Below are positions 28,900-38,758 of a DNA stretch of 53,797 nt, one piece after another. The notes below the pieces were generated by a model, which saw nothing but the letters and a program-made list of their open reading frames with translations, had not been told where the DNA came from and ran no database searches. The stretch is taken from contig QHSZ01000086.1 of the NCBI GenBank assembly GCA_003220595.1, positions 1 to 53,797 of the forward strand, written 5' to 3'. Source of the stretch: Candidatus Rokuibacteriota bacterium (lineage in GTDB: Bacteria; Methylomirabilota; Methylomirabilia; Rokubacteriales; CSP1-6). Within the stretch, counting starts at the first letter, position 1, and each line of letters starts with the position of its first letter. The position numbers and the translations under genes are program-made.

Positions 28900-30014
28900 G
28901 CGAGCCTCAGCCCGTCCTCCTCATGGCGAACTTCGCGGATCGGATCGGTGGCGGAGAAGAGAGCCTGCTCGGGTTGGTGCGCGGGCTCGACCGGCGGCGG
29001 TTCGCTCCGCACGTCCACGTGCCCGGGGAGGGCGGCATGGCGATCGAGCTGCGCCGCATCGGCGTCCCGCTCGCCCTCCGACCGCTCCCCACGGTGCGGC
29101 CCTGGACCCTCCTCGCGGGCGGTCGCGCGGTCCGCGACCTGCGCGCGCTCCTCTCCGCACGGCGCATTCGACTCGTCCACGCGCACGGGAGTCGTTCTGC
29201 CCTGTACGCCGGGCTCGCGGCCCGGAGATCTCGGATCCCCGTCATCTGGCACGTCAGGATCGTCGATCGGGACCCGTGGCTCGACGGTCTCCTGCTGCGG
29301 CTGTCGAGCGCCATCGTGGCGAACTCGGCCGCTGCCGCCGGGCGCTTTCGCGGGCGCGCCGGTGCGGGGACGAAGGTCCACATCGTTCCGAACGGTGTGG
29401 ACCTCGAGATGTTCAGCCCTGGGGCCCACGCCACGACGACGCCCGCGCCGTCGGCGGAGGGGGCGGTCGTCTACATCGGACGCCTCGAGCACGGCAAAGG
29501 TCCCGACGTTTTTCTCGAGGCGGCCCGGGTCGTCCAGCGGGCGCTGCCGCGGGTGAGGTTCGTCCTGGTCGGGGACGGTCCGATGCGCGCCGCCCTCGAG
29601 GCGGACGCGCGCGCGGCCGACGTGCGGGCCACGTTCGTCGGGCACCAGGCCGACCCCCGTCCGTTTCTGGGGATGGCCGAGGCGGTCGTCGTCCCGTCGA
29701 GGCAGGAGGCGTTCGGCCGCGTCCTGATCGAGGCCATGGCCGCCGAGGTCCCGGTCGTCGCCACGCGCGTGGGAGGTATCCCCGAGGTCTGCGTCGATGG
29801 TCGAACCGGGCTCCTCGTTCCACCCGAGGATCCAGGCGCGCTGGCAGGAGCGATCGTGAGCACATTGACCGATCCCGACGCCACGCGGGCCCGCGTCCGC
29901 GCCGCGGCGGCGGACGTGCGCGCGCGCTTCACGCTCGCCGCTCACGTCGCGCGCATCCAGCAGCTCTACGACGCGGTCCTCGCGCCGGGACGGGTCGATG
30001 GCGTCCCCCGCTGA
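28896..30014 (+). CDS. glycosyltransferase family 4
   Basis: GGGE, VPNGVD, GRLEHGKG, EAFGRVLIEAM. Confidence 0.9.
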   Translation: MSEPQPVLLMANFADRIGGGEESLLGLVRGLDRRRFAPHVHVPGEGGMAIELRRIGVPLALRPLPTVRPWTLLAGGRAVRDLRALLSARRIRLVHAHGSRSALYAGLAARRSRIPVIWHVRIVDRDPWLDGLLLRLSSAIVANSAAAAGRFRGRAGAGTKVHIVPNGVDLEMFSPGAHATTTPAPSAEGAVVYIGRLEHGKGPDVFLEAARVVQRALPRVRFVLVGDGPMRAALEADARAADVRATFVGHQADPRPFLGMAEAVVVPSRQEAFGRVLIEAMAAEVPVVATRVGGIPEVCVDGRTGLLVPPEDPGALAGAIVSTLTDPDATRARVRAAAADVRARFTLAAHVARIQQLYDAVLAPGRVDGVPR

Positions 30015-31590
30015 GGCGGAGGGCGGGGGCGGCCGGCGCGGGGACGGCCTCTGGCTCCCCGGGCTCATCCTCTCGGGGGCCGCGATCCTGCTCCGCCTGG
30101 CCGTCGCGAGTCGGCGCGAAGGGATCGAGGTGGACGGCATCACCTATCTGACCAACGCCCGTGCACTCCTCTCCGACTTCGGTGCGTTCACCGTGCTCCA
30201 CCCACCCCTCTACTCCATCCTCCTCACGCCGTTTCTCTGGCTCTCGGCCGACGCGGAATGGGTCGCGCGCGTCGTCTCGGCGGTGCTCGGTGGCCTGTGG
30301 GTGTGGCCCACGCTCTGGCTCAGCCGTGGAGCGACGGACGCGCGGGTCGCCTGGCTCGCCGGCCTGCTGGTGGCCGTGAGCCCGTCGGCGGTCGAGGCCA
30401 GCACCCGCGTGCTCTCCGAACCCATCGCCGGCCTCACCCTCACGACGTTCTTCGTCGTGCTCGTGCGCGCCCTGCGCACGGGATCGCTCGGGTCCGCGGC
30501 CCTCGCCGGGGTTCTCGGGGGGCTGACGACGTTGTCGCGCCCGGAGGGCATGGCCTACCTGGCGCTCGCCTGGGTCGTGCTGGCGCGGGCACCGCGGCTC
30601 GTCGCCTGGCGCGCGTCGCGCCACGTCCTGGCCGGACTCGGTGTGCTCACGCTCGTCTGGTGCGCGGTCTTGTTCCCGTACATGGCGCTCGTCAAGCGCG
30701 AGACGGGGCACTGGCACTGGAGCGGCAAGGTGGGACAGACGCTCGTGTTCGCCGAGAGCGTCGGCGACGAGCGTCCGGGCGCGGCCATGGAGCGTGCGAT
30801 CACGGACCCGGCGCCCGATGTCCCGCGGACGCTCCTCGACTACGTGCTCGCCCGCCCCCGGGAGGCCGTGAAGCGAATCGCGATCAACCTCCATCTGGTG
30901 GACAAGTATTTCGCGCCCGGGCTGCTCCAGTCGGGCGGGATCGCGCTGCTGGCCGTGGGCCTGGTCCAGCTCCAGTGGAGGCGCGGCCCGGCGCCGCCGG
31001 AGTGGTTTCTCGCGATCGCACCGTTGCCGCTCCTCGGTCTTTTGCTGTTCGTCCTCGACGCTCGCTACGGCACGCCCCTCGTGCCGGTGCTGAGCATCAT
31101 CGCGGCGATCGGCCTACGGCGTCTCGGACAGCCCGACGACCCGTCGCCGCACCTGTCGGTGCGCGCCCGGATCCTGCTCGTCGTCGTGCTGCTGAGTTTC
31201 GGCCCGTGGATCGCGCGCCCATGGTTCCGGCAGGACCCGGCCGCCGTCGAGAAGCAGGCCGGGCTCTGGATCCGTCGCTCCACCGGGCCGGGAGCCACGT
31301 TCATCGGACGCTATCCCGTGATCGCCCACTACGCGGAGGCCCGGGCGATCCCGTTCGGACAGCGCTCGCTCGACGCCGCGCTCGCCGAGGGACGGAGCCT
31401 CGGCGCGCGCTTCGTGGTCGCCGATAGCGTCCGCCTCCCGGAGTCGCGTCCCGACCTGCTGGGGCTCGTGGCGGGCGCTCGGGTGCGCCCGGACCTGGAG
31501 CTCGCCCACGTCGAGGAGGACCGGGCGGGCCGCCGCGTGGTGATCTACCAGATCCGGGACGCCGACGCTCGACGGGTCCGAACTCCGTGA
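29998..31590 (+). CDS. GT-C fold membrane glycosyltransferase (PMT/ArnT-like)
   Basis: EVDGITY first-loop acidic motif, HPPLY, LSE, LSRPEG; multiple TMs. Confidence 0.7.
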   Translation: MASPAEAEGGGGRRGDGLWLPGLILSGAAILLRLAVASRREGIEVDGITYLTNARALLSDFGAFTVLHPPLYSILLTPFLWLSADAEWVARVVSAVLGGLWVWPTLWLSRGATDARVAWLAGLLVAVSPSAVEASTRVLSEPIAGLTLTTFFVVLVRALRTGSLGSAALAGVLGGLTTLSRPEGMAYLALAWVVLARAPRLVAWRASRHVLAGLGVLTLVWCAVLFPYMALVKRETGHWHWSGKVGQTLVFAESVGDERPGAAMERAITDPAPDVPRTLLDYVLARPREAVKRIAINLHLVDKYFAPGLLQSGGIALLAVGLVQLQWRRGPAPPEWFLAIAPLPLLGLLLFVLDARYGTPLVPVLSIIAAIGLRRLGQPDDPSPHLSVRARILLVVVLLSFGPWIARPWFRQDPAAVEKQAGLWIRRSTGPGATFIGRYPVIAHYAEARAIPFGQRSLDAALAEGRSLGARFVVADSVRLPESRPDLLGLVAGARVRPDLELAHVEEDRAGRRVVIYQIRDADARRVRTP

Positions 31591-32975
31591 CGGTGGAGGC
31601 GCCACGGGACGTCCGATTCCTCGCGGCGACGGTGCTCGTCGCCGTCGCGCTCGCGTGGGCCTGCTTCGCGCGGGCGGCGCTGCCGACACGGGTGGAGGGC
31701 CTGCGGCTGATGGTGGCAAGCGTCCTCGCCGCCCTCGCGTTCACGCCCGTGGGTCCACGCCGGCGACAGGGGCTGCTCCTGGGGCTCCTGTCGGCCTGGC
31801 TGCTGCTGAACCTTTGGGACGCACGCTGGCTCTCGATCCTGACGACGAACTTCACCACGCCCGGTCGGTGGGCGAGCGCGCACACGCCCTCGAACGACTA
31901 CTGGGTCTTCTACCATGCGGCCCGCGACACGTACGTTCTCGGCGGATCGCCGTACGCGGTCGGTAACAACTTTCCGATCCCGACGTACTGGTTCATCCAC
32001 CTCCTCGCCGGTGCTGGCCGGCTGCCGATCGAGTGGGCCGGGAGCGTCCTCTGGGGCCTGAACCTCCTGATCCTCGCGGCGAGCCTCGGCGCCGCGGTCC
32101 TCCTGCTTCGCACGGCGCGCCCGGCGTCGAGCCTTGCGGGCGTCCTTCTGGTCCTGCTCCTCGTGACGACGAACCCCGTCCTGTCGGCGTGGGCGACGGG
32201 ACAGACGATCATCCTCGCTCTCGGCTTCTGGGTGCTCGGCGCCCTCGTCTGGGATCGGTGGCGTGGCCTCGGGCGTGAGGTCGGGTGCGCCGCGGCCCTC
32301 GTGATCGCCGGGATGATCAAGCCCCCGCTGCTGATCTTCCCGGCGGCGTTCGGGGTTCGGGCGCTGGGTGAGGCGGCCCTGGGCGGGCTGCGCCGGGGTG
32401 GGGGCCCTTCCCCCAGCGCCCGGGTCGGTTGGTGGTCGGTCGCGATCGTCGCAGCGTTCGTCGCCGTGGCGGTCGTGCTCCCAGGCGGCGTCACCTGGCA
32501 GACGCTGGGGCAGTTCCCGCAGATCGGGCACACGGCTCAGCTGACGATCGGCTACGAGCTGCGGTTCAACTTCAGCCTGCCCTTCATCCTGCTGCGAAAG
32601 CTCGAGCAACACGGCCTCCTGTCGCTCGGCCGATGGCTCGAGCCCTCGAACACCGTCCTCGGCAGTCTCGCGGCGGTCCTCTTCGCCGTGCGCCTCGGGC
32701 CGTGCCCGTCGGTGTTCCGCGACCTGGCGCCAGGCTTGTTGATTCCACCGCTCGTCCTGGGCGCCTTCGAGTCGTACTACGCGACCTGGTTCCTTCCGTT
32801 CCTGCTCTGGGTCGGCGCGCGGGCGGTGAACGGGACGATGCCGCCCCGCGCTCAGGCGCTCGCCTGGAGCGGGCTTGGCCTGGTCCAGGTCTTCACGAGC
32901 CCGCTCTTCCTCGTCGGCGTGGTCCTGCTGCTTCTGACCTCTGACGACGGCCGCGGTGAGGCCGGCGACCCATGA
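31587..32975 (+). CDS. GT-C fold membrane protein (GT87/DUF2029-like)
   Basis: NDYWVFY, SPY, FPIP, TGQ, IKP motifs; multiple TMs. Confidence 0.6.
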   Translation: MTVEAPRDVRFLAATVLVAVALAWACFARAALPTRVEGLRLMVASVLAALAFTPVGPRRRQGLLLGLLSAWLLLNLWDARWLSILTTNFTTPGRWASAHTPSNDYWVFYHAARDTYVLGGSPYAVGNNFPIPTYWFIHLLAGAGRLPIEWAGSVLWGLNLLILAASLGAAVLLLRTARPASSLAGVLLVLLLVTTNPVLSAWATGQTIILALGFWVLGALVWDRWRGLGREVGCAAALVIAGMIKPPLLIFPAAFGVRALGEAALGGLRRGGGPSPSARVGWWSVAIVAAFVAVAVVLPGGVTWQTLGQFPQIGHTAQLTIGYELRFNFSLPFILLRKLEQHGLLSLGRWLEPSNTVLGSLAAVLFAVRLGPCPSVFRDLAPGLLIPPLVLGAFESYYATWFLPFLLWVGARAVNGTMPPRAQALAWSGLGLVQVFTSPLFLVGVVLLLLTSDDGRGEAGDP

Positions 32976-34252
32976 GCTCCGTGTCGCCGGAGCTCGCCAT
33001 CGTCATTCCCGCGTGGAACGAGCGCGAGAATCTCGAGCTCCTGCTCCCCGCGCTACGGGAGACGCTCGCCGGCCTCGGCGTCGTGGCGGAGGTGGTCGTG
33101 GTCGACGGCGGCTCCGAGGACGGCACGCGCGAGGCGGCCCTGCGCCGCGGCGCGCGCGTCGTCGGCCAGGAGGTGCGCGGCTACGCGGGCGCGCTGCTCG
33201 CCGGCTTCGCGGCCACCAAGGCCGCCTACGTGGTCACCATGGACGCCGACCTGTCCCACCGGCCTCTCTTCCTCGAGAGCTTCTGGCAGCGAAGGGACGA
33301 AGGGGAGGTCCTCGTCGCCTCCCGCTACGTCGCCGGAGGGCGCGCCGACATGGGCTGGTTCCGGCGCCTCCTGAGCCAGATCCTCAACCGCGCGTACCGG
33401 CGGACGCTCTCCCTCCCGCTTCGCGATCTCTCGAGCGGATTTCGGATGTACCGTCGTGACGTGGTCACGGGGCTCACCCTGGAGGCCAGGGACTTCGACG
33501 TGCTCGAGGAGATCCTGATCCGCGTCCACGCCGAGGGCTGGCGTATCGTCGAGGTGCCCTTCCACTACATGGCGCGGGGCTCCGGCCGCTCCCACGCGCG
33601 CCTCGTCAAGTTCGGCTGGGCGTTCGCGAAGACCCTGGTGCGCATGTGGCGGCTGCGCAACTCCGTCGTCGCGGCGGACTACGACTATCGCGCGTTCGAC
33701 AGCCCGATCTGGCTCCAGCGGTACTGGCAGCGAACGCGCCACCGCATCGTGCTGGGCTACCTGGACGGCCGCGCCGGCGTCGTGGACGTGGGCTGCGGCT
33801 CGAGCCGGATCCTCCTCGACCTCGCCGACGCCGTCGGGATCGATATCCTCCAGAGCAAGCTGCGCTGGCTCCGGCCTCGCCACCGGCGGCTGCTCCGCGC
33901 GAGCGGCGACCGCCTGCCGCTGCGCCCGGCGAGCGTCGCCACGCTCATCACGTCGGAGGTGATCGAGCACGTGCCGAACGCCAGCGAGCATCTCGCCGAG
34001 GCCCGGCGCGTGCTGAAGCCGGGCGGGATCCTCATCGTCGGGACCCCGGACTACGGTCGATGGCTCTGGTGGGCGCTCGAATGGGTCTACGGCACGCTGC
34101 TGCCCGGCGCCTACGCGCACGAGCACATCACGCACTACTCGCGCGCCACGCTGTCCGCCGAGCTTCGCGCCCTCGGCTACGAGATCCTCGACTGCCGGTA
34201 CGTCGGCTTCTGCGAGATGATCTTCAAGGCCCAGAAGCCGGAGACGGCGTGA
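32972..34252 (+). CDS. polyprenol-phosphate sugar synthase-like GT2 fused to SAM methyltransferase
   Basis: IPAWNERENL, DGGSED, MDADLSH, ASRY, SSGFR; C-terminal VDVGCG, EVIEH, LKPGG. Confidence 0.85.
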   Translation: MSSVSPELAIVIPAWNERENLELLLPALRETLAGLGVVAEVVVVDGGSEDGTREAALRRGARVVGQEVRGYAGALLAGFAATKAAYVVTMDADLSHRPLFLESFWQRRDEGEVLVASRYVAGGRADMGWFRRLLSQILNRAYRRTLSLPLRDLSSGFRMYRRDVVTGLTLEARDFDVLEEILIRVHAEGWRIVEVPFHYMARGSGRSHARLVKFGWAFAKTLVRMWRLRNSVVAADYDYRAFDSPIWLQRYWQRTRHRIVLGYLDGRAGVVDVGCGSSRILLDLADAVGIDILQSKLRWLRPRHRRLLRASGDRLPLRPASVATLITSEVIEHVPNASEHLAEARRVLKPGGILIVGTPDYGRWLWWALEWVYGTLLPGAYAHEHITHYSRATLSAELRALGYEILDCRYVGFCEMIFKAQKPETA

Positions 34253-35358
34253 CGCTTGGCGTCCGGCTCGGCGTGGACGGCCGGGAGCTCCGCCCCGGGG
34301 TGCGCACCGGGATCCGTCGCTACGTCACCGAGGTGCTGCGCGCGGCGTCGCGCGCGGGCTGGCCGTGCGTCGTCTACGGCGACGGCTCGACGGTGGTCGA
34401 CGAGACACTTCCCGGCGTCGCCACGCGCGTCCTCGCGGGGCGCCTGACGCAAGTGTGGGATCAGGTGCGGCTGCCCCGCGCGCTCCGCGAGGACGGCGCG
34501 ACGGTCTTCCTGTCGCCCTACTACAAGGGCCCGCTCGCCGCGCCCTGTCCGGTGGTGCTCACGATCCACGACCTCTTCTTCATCGGCTACCCTGGCCGGC
34601 GCCGGAGGCTCCATGACGCGACGCTGATCCGGCTGGCGCGGCTCTACGCCCGCCGCGCCGCCGCGATCGTCACCGACTCGGAGCACTCACGGCGCGAGAT
34701 CGCGGCGCGTCTCGGGATCGACCCGGCGCGGGTGACGGTGATCCCCGTCGCGCTCGGCCCGGAGTTCAGGGCGCCGGCACCGCCCGCCCCCGGGCGCGAC
34801 GGGATCGCTTCCTCCTACATTCTCTACGTGGGGAACTTCCGGCCGCACAAGAACCTGCCCCGGCTGCTCGCCGCGTACGCGGCGCTGCCCGCGGCGCTCC
34901 GGGCGGCGCACGCCCTGGTCCTCGCCGGAGGCGACCGCGCGGGCCGGCCCCTCCTGGAGGCGCGCGCGCGCGAGCTCGGCGTGGCGGACCGCGTCGTGTT
35001 CGCCGGGCTCGTGGCGGACCGCGACCTCCCGGGCCTGTACGCCGGCGCGACGGTCGCCGTTCTGCCCTCGCTCGAGGAGGGGTTCGGCCTGCCGGCGCTC
35101 GAGGCGATGGCGTGCGGGACGCCCGTCGTCGTGTCGAACCGCGGCGCCCTGCCCGAGCTCGTGGCCGACGCCGGGCTCGTCGCCGACGCCGCGCGCCCCG
35201 AAGAGATCGCCGGGGCGCTGGCGCGCGTGCTCGCGGACGGGGGGTTGCGGGCGGAGCTCCGGCGGCGCGGCCTCGCGCGCGCCTCACTCTACACCGCCGA
35301 CCGTACCGCCGGGCGCGTGCTCGAGCTGCTCGCCCGGGTCGCCGGGAGCCCTCGCTGA
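34249..35358 (+). CDS. glycosyltransferase family 4
   Basis: TGIRRY, TIHDL, PHKNL, EGFGLPALEAMACG. Confidence 0.9.
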   Translation: MTLGVRLGVDGRELRPGVRTGIRRYVTEVLRAASRAGWPCVVYGDGSTVVDETLPGVATRVLAGRLTQVWDQVRLPRALREDGATVFLSPYYKGPLAAPCPVVLTIHDLFFIGYPGRRRRLHDATLIRLARLYARRAAAIVTDSEHSRREIAARLGIDPARVTVIPVALGPEFRAPAPPAPGRDGIASSYILYVGNFRPHKNLPRLLAAYAALPAALRAAHALVLAGGDRAGRPLLEARARELGVADRVVFAGLVADRDLPGLYAGATVAVLPSLEEGFGLPALEAMACGTPVVVSNRGALPELVADAGLVADAARPEEIAGALARVLADGGLRAELRRRGLARASLYTADRTAGRVLELLARVAGSPR

Positions 35359-38300
35359 TGTGCGGCATCGCCGGCGTCATCGGCGAGGCGCCGCCGGACC
35401 TCCTGCCGGCGATGCTCGACCTGCTCCGCCATCGCGGGCCCGACGACATGGGCGTCCACGCCGAGCCCGGCGTGGCGCTCGGCATGACGCGGCTCGCGAT
35501 CATCGACCTCGTCACGGGGCGGCAGCCGATGAGCGACGCCGACGAGCGCTTCTGGCTCGTGTTCAACGGCGAGATCTACAACTTCCGCGAGCTCCGGGCG
35601 GAGCTCGAGGCGCGTGGTCGGCGATTCCGGACGCAGAGCGACACCGAGGTGATCCTCCAGGCGTACGCCACGTTCGGCGAGGCGTGCGTCGAGCGCCTGC
35701 GCGGCATGTTCGCGTTGGCCCTCTGGGACCGCGCGCGGCGGGCCCTGTTCCTCGCGCGCGACCGCCTGGGCAAGAAGCCCCTCTACTACTGGCAGCACGG
35801 CGGCCTCCTCGCCTTCGCGTCCGAGCCGAAGGCCCTCCTCCGGCACCCCGCCGTGTCGCGCGACGTCGACTGGGCGGCCTTCCACCACTACCTCGCCTTC
35901 GGCTATACGCCCGGGCGTAGCTCGATCTACGCGGGGATGCTGAAGCTCCCGCCGGCCCACACGGCCACGCTCGTCGACGGGCGGCTGACGCTCTCCCGCT
36001 ACTGGCAATTGCCGCCGGGTCCGGCGGCGGTGCTCCCGGCGTCGATCGAGGACACGGCCGCGACGCTGCGCGAGCAGCTGCGCGACGCGGTCAGGCTGAG
36101 GCTCGAGAGCGACGTGCCGCTCGGCGTCTTCCTGTCGGGCGGCATCGATTCGAGCGCGGTCGTGGCGAGCATGCGGGAGGTCACGAGCGGGCGCATCACG
36201 ACCGTCTCGATCGGCTTCGCCCGCGCCTTCGCCTCTTACGACGAGCTGCCCTACGCGCGGCTCGTCGCCGAGCGCTTCGGCACCGACCACCACGAGGAGG
36301 TCCTGGAGCCGAACGTCGCCGAGCTCTTGCCCACGATCGTCCGCCACTTCGACGAGCCGTTCGCCGACTCCTCCGCGGTGCCGACGTTCGCGGTCGCCCA
36401 GGCGACGGCGCGACTCGTGAAGGTCGCCCTCTCGGGCATCGGCGGCGACGAGACCTTCGGCGGCTACCCGCGCTACTTGGGCGTCCGCGCCTCCGAGCTC
36501 TACGCGCGGCTCCCGCGCGCGGCGCGCCGCGCGGCGGGCGCGCTCGCGCAAGCCCTGGTTCGCGAGTCGCGCACCAGCCGGAACCTGGGCGGCTGGGTGC
36601 GCCGCTTCGCCGCGGGGGCCGAGGCGCCGCTGCCCGAGCGCTACCTGCGCTGGACGCGCTTCTTCGGCGACGAGGAGCTGGCGCGGCTCGCGACGCCCGC
36701 GCTCGGCGCGCTGCTGACGTCCTCCGTGGACGCGGCGCAGCGGAGCGCGTTCGAGACCCACGGCCACGGCGACCCGCTGGACGGGGCCTTCCGCATCGAC
36801 CTCGCGACCTACCTGCCCGACGACCTCCTCGTCATGGCGGACCGGATGAGCATGGCGAACTCGCTCGAGCTGCGGGCGCCTTTCTGCGACCACCGGCTCG
36901 TCGAGGCGAGCCTGGCCATCCCGCCCTCGGTGAAGATCCCGGGGCGTCGGCTCAAGGGGCTCCTCAAGACGGCGTTCGCGGACGTCTTGCCCCGGCCGGT
37001 GCTCGAGCACCGGAAGCAAGGCTTCATGATCCCGCTCGGCGCGTGGCTCACCTCTGATCTCCGGGCGACGCTGGAGGACCTCCTGGCGCCCTCGCTCGTC
37101 GCCGCGCGGGGCCTCTTCGAGCCCGCGGAGGTGGAGCGGCTCCGGCGCGAGCACGCGGGCGGCGCCCGCGACCACGCCGACCGCCTCTTCACGCTCATGA
37201 TGACCGAGCTGTGGATCCGCGAGTACCTCGATCGCGGCGGGCAGTGGTCGCTCGGAGGTGCCCACGCGCGCGGGACCCGGGCGGGGCGCCCGGTGGTCGC
37301 GCGCCCGCGCACGCTCCGGATCCTCATGGTGTCCGACGTCTCACCCGCGCGGCCAGAGGGCGGGGCAGAGCGGATGCTCCGGGAGCAGGCGTCGCGGCTC
37401 GCCGCGCTCGGCCATCGCGTGCGCGTGGTCAGCCGTGCGCATGCGGACGGCGGTCAGGCGCCGCTCGACCTCGCCGGCGTTCACGTCCGCCACTTCCCGA
37501 TGGATCACCGGTCGGTGGCGGGCTTCGTCCGGACCTCGATCCTGGCGGCGCGGCGCGCGACGTCGGCGGACCTCGCCGAGAGCCCCGCGGACGTGCTGCA
37601 CCTCTACCAGCCGCTCGCGGGCTACGGCGCGCTGCTCTCGCCCGCGGCGCGTCGGCTCCCCATGCTCTACACCTTCCACTCGCCAGCACCCCTCGAGTAT
37701 CGCGCGCGCCACGGGATGACCCGCCGCCACCGCGGCGGCCTCGCGGGCGGCTTCGGCGCCGCCGCGCTCTGGCTGGTCGAGCGCGCCTGCCTCCGGCGCG
37801 CGCGCCTGATCCACGTGCTCAGCGACTTCTCGGCGGGCCAGCTCGAGACGCTCTACCGCATCCCGCCGGAGCGGATCGTGAAGATCCCGGGCGCGGTGGA
37901 GCTCGAGCGGTTCCGTCCGGCCGCCGACCGCGCCGCCGTCCGTCGGGCGCTCGGGCTGCCCGAGGGCCGCCCGCTGCTCCTCACCGTGCGGAACCTCGAG
38001 CGCCGCATGGGGCTCGACCTCCTGCTGCGCGCGATGGCGCGCGTGAAGGCACGCGTCCCCGAGGCGCTCCTGCTGCTCGGCGGCGCGGGCTCGCTCCGGG
38101 GCGAGCTCGAGGCCCTCGGCGCGGCCCTCGGGCTCGACGGCCACGTGCGCTTCCTCGGGTTCATCCCGGACCGCACGCTGCCGGCCTTCTACCAGGCCGC
38201 CGACGTCTTCGTCCTGCCGACGCGGGAGCTCGAGGGCTTCGGCCTCGTCACGGTCGAGGCGCTCGCGTGCGGGACGCCCGTCCTCGGCACGCGCGTCGGG

Positions 38301-38528
38301 GCGACGCCGGAGATCCTGGCGCCCCTCTCGCCCTCGCTCATCTTCCGCGGCCTCGCGCCGGAGACGCTGGCCGACGACCTCACGGGCCTGCTCGAGCGGC
38401 TGACCGACCCCGCGGACGCGGCCCGGCTGCGCGCGGAGTGCCGCCGGCACGCCGAGGCGCACTACGGGTGGGACCGCGCGATCGCCGCCCTCGCCGAGGC
38501 CCTCGAGCGCGTCGCGGGGATGCAGTGA
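35358..38528 (+). CDS. asparagine synthase-like glutamine amidotransferase fused to GT4
   Basis: MCGIAG, HRGPD, FNGEIYN, LSGGIDSS, GGDE, ELRAPF; in-frame C-terminal ILMVSD...GGAE...EGFGLVTVEALACG. Confidence 0.88.
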   Translation: MCGIAGVIGEAPPDLLPAMLDLLRHRGPDDMGVHAEPGVALGMTRLAIIDLVTGRQPMSDADERFWLVFNGEIYNFRELRAELEARGRRFRTQSDTEVILQAYATFGEACVERLRGMFALALWDRARRALFLARDRLGKKPLYYWQHGGLLAFASEPKALLRHPAVSRDVDWAAFHHYLAFGYTPGRSSIYAGMLKLPPAHTATLVDGRLTLSRYWQLPPGPAAVLPASIEDTAATLREQLRDAVRLRLESDVPLGVFLSGGIDSSAVVASMREVTSGRITTVSIGFARAFASYDELPYARLVAERFGTDHHEEVLEPNVAELLPTIVRHFDEPFADSSAVPTFAVAQATARLVKVALSGIGGDETFGGYPRYLGVRASELYARLPRAARRAAGALAQALVRESRTSRNLGGWVRRFAAGAEAPLPERYLRWTRFFGDEELARLATPALGALLTSSVDAAQRSAFETHGHGDPLDGAFRIDLATYLPDDLLVMADRMSMANSLELRAPFCDHRLVEASLAIPPSVKIPGRRLKGLLKTAFADVLPRPVLEHRKQGFMIPLGAWLTSDLRATLEDLLAPSLVAARGLFEPAEVERLRREHAGGARDHADRLFTLMMTELWIREYLDRGGQWSLGGAHARGTRAGRPVVARPRTLRILMVSDVSPARPEGGAERMLREQASRLAALGHRVRVVSRAHADGGQAPLDLAGVHVRHFPMDHRSVAGFVRTSILAARRATSADLAESPADVLHLYQPLAGYGALLSPAARRLPMLYTFHSPAPLEYRARHGMTRRHRGGLAGGFGAAALWLVERACLRRARLIHVLSDFSAGQLETLYRIPPERIVKIPGAVELERFRPAADRAAVRRALGLPEGRPLLLTVRNLERRMGLDLLLRAMARVKARVPEALLLLGGAGSLRGELEALGAALGLDGHVRFLGFIPDRTLPAFYQAADVFVLPTRELEGFGLVTVEALACGTPVLGTRVGATPEILAPLSPSLIFRGLAPETLADDLTGLLERLTDPADAARLRAECRRHAEAHYGWDRAIAALAEALERVAGMQ

Positions 38529-38758
38529 GCGACGCGCGCCTCGCTCGGGCCACCCACGGTGCACGCCGGCCTCGCGGACCCCGCTACAAATTGACCGGCG
38601 CGCGCCTGGTCGAGGAGCGCCACGGGTTTCCCGGGGCGCTCCGAGCGTGGGGGGGTCTGGGGGGCCATGTCGGGGCCCCCCACGTCGACCGATACGGCGC
38701 GCGCCTGGCTCAGGCCACCCACGGTGCACGCCGGCCTCGCGGACCCGGTTACCAGTGA
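38525..38758 (+). repeat. family A repeat copies with nested family B element; forms a 77-aa open frame coupled at both ends
   Basis: A copy 38525-38590, A 5' fragment 38591-38609, B element 38609-38689, A copy 38695-38758; GTGA overlaps at 38525 and 38755. Confidence 0.9.
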
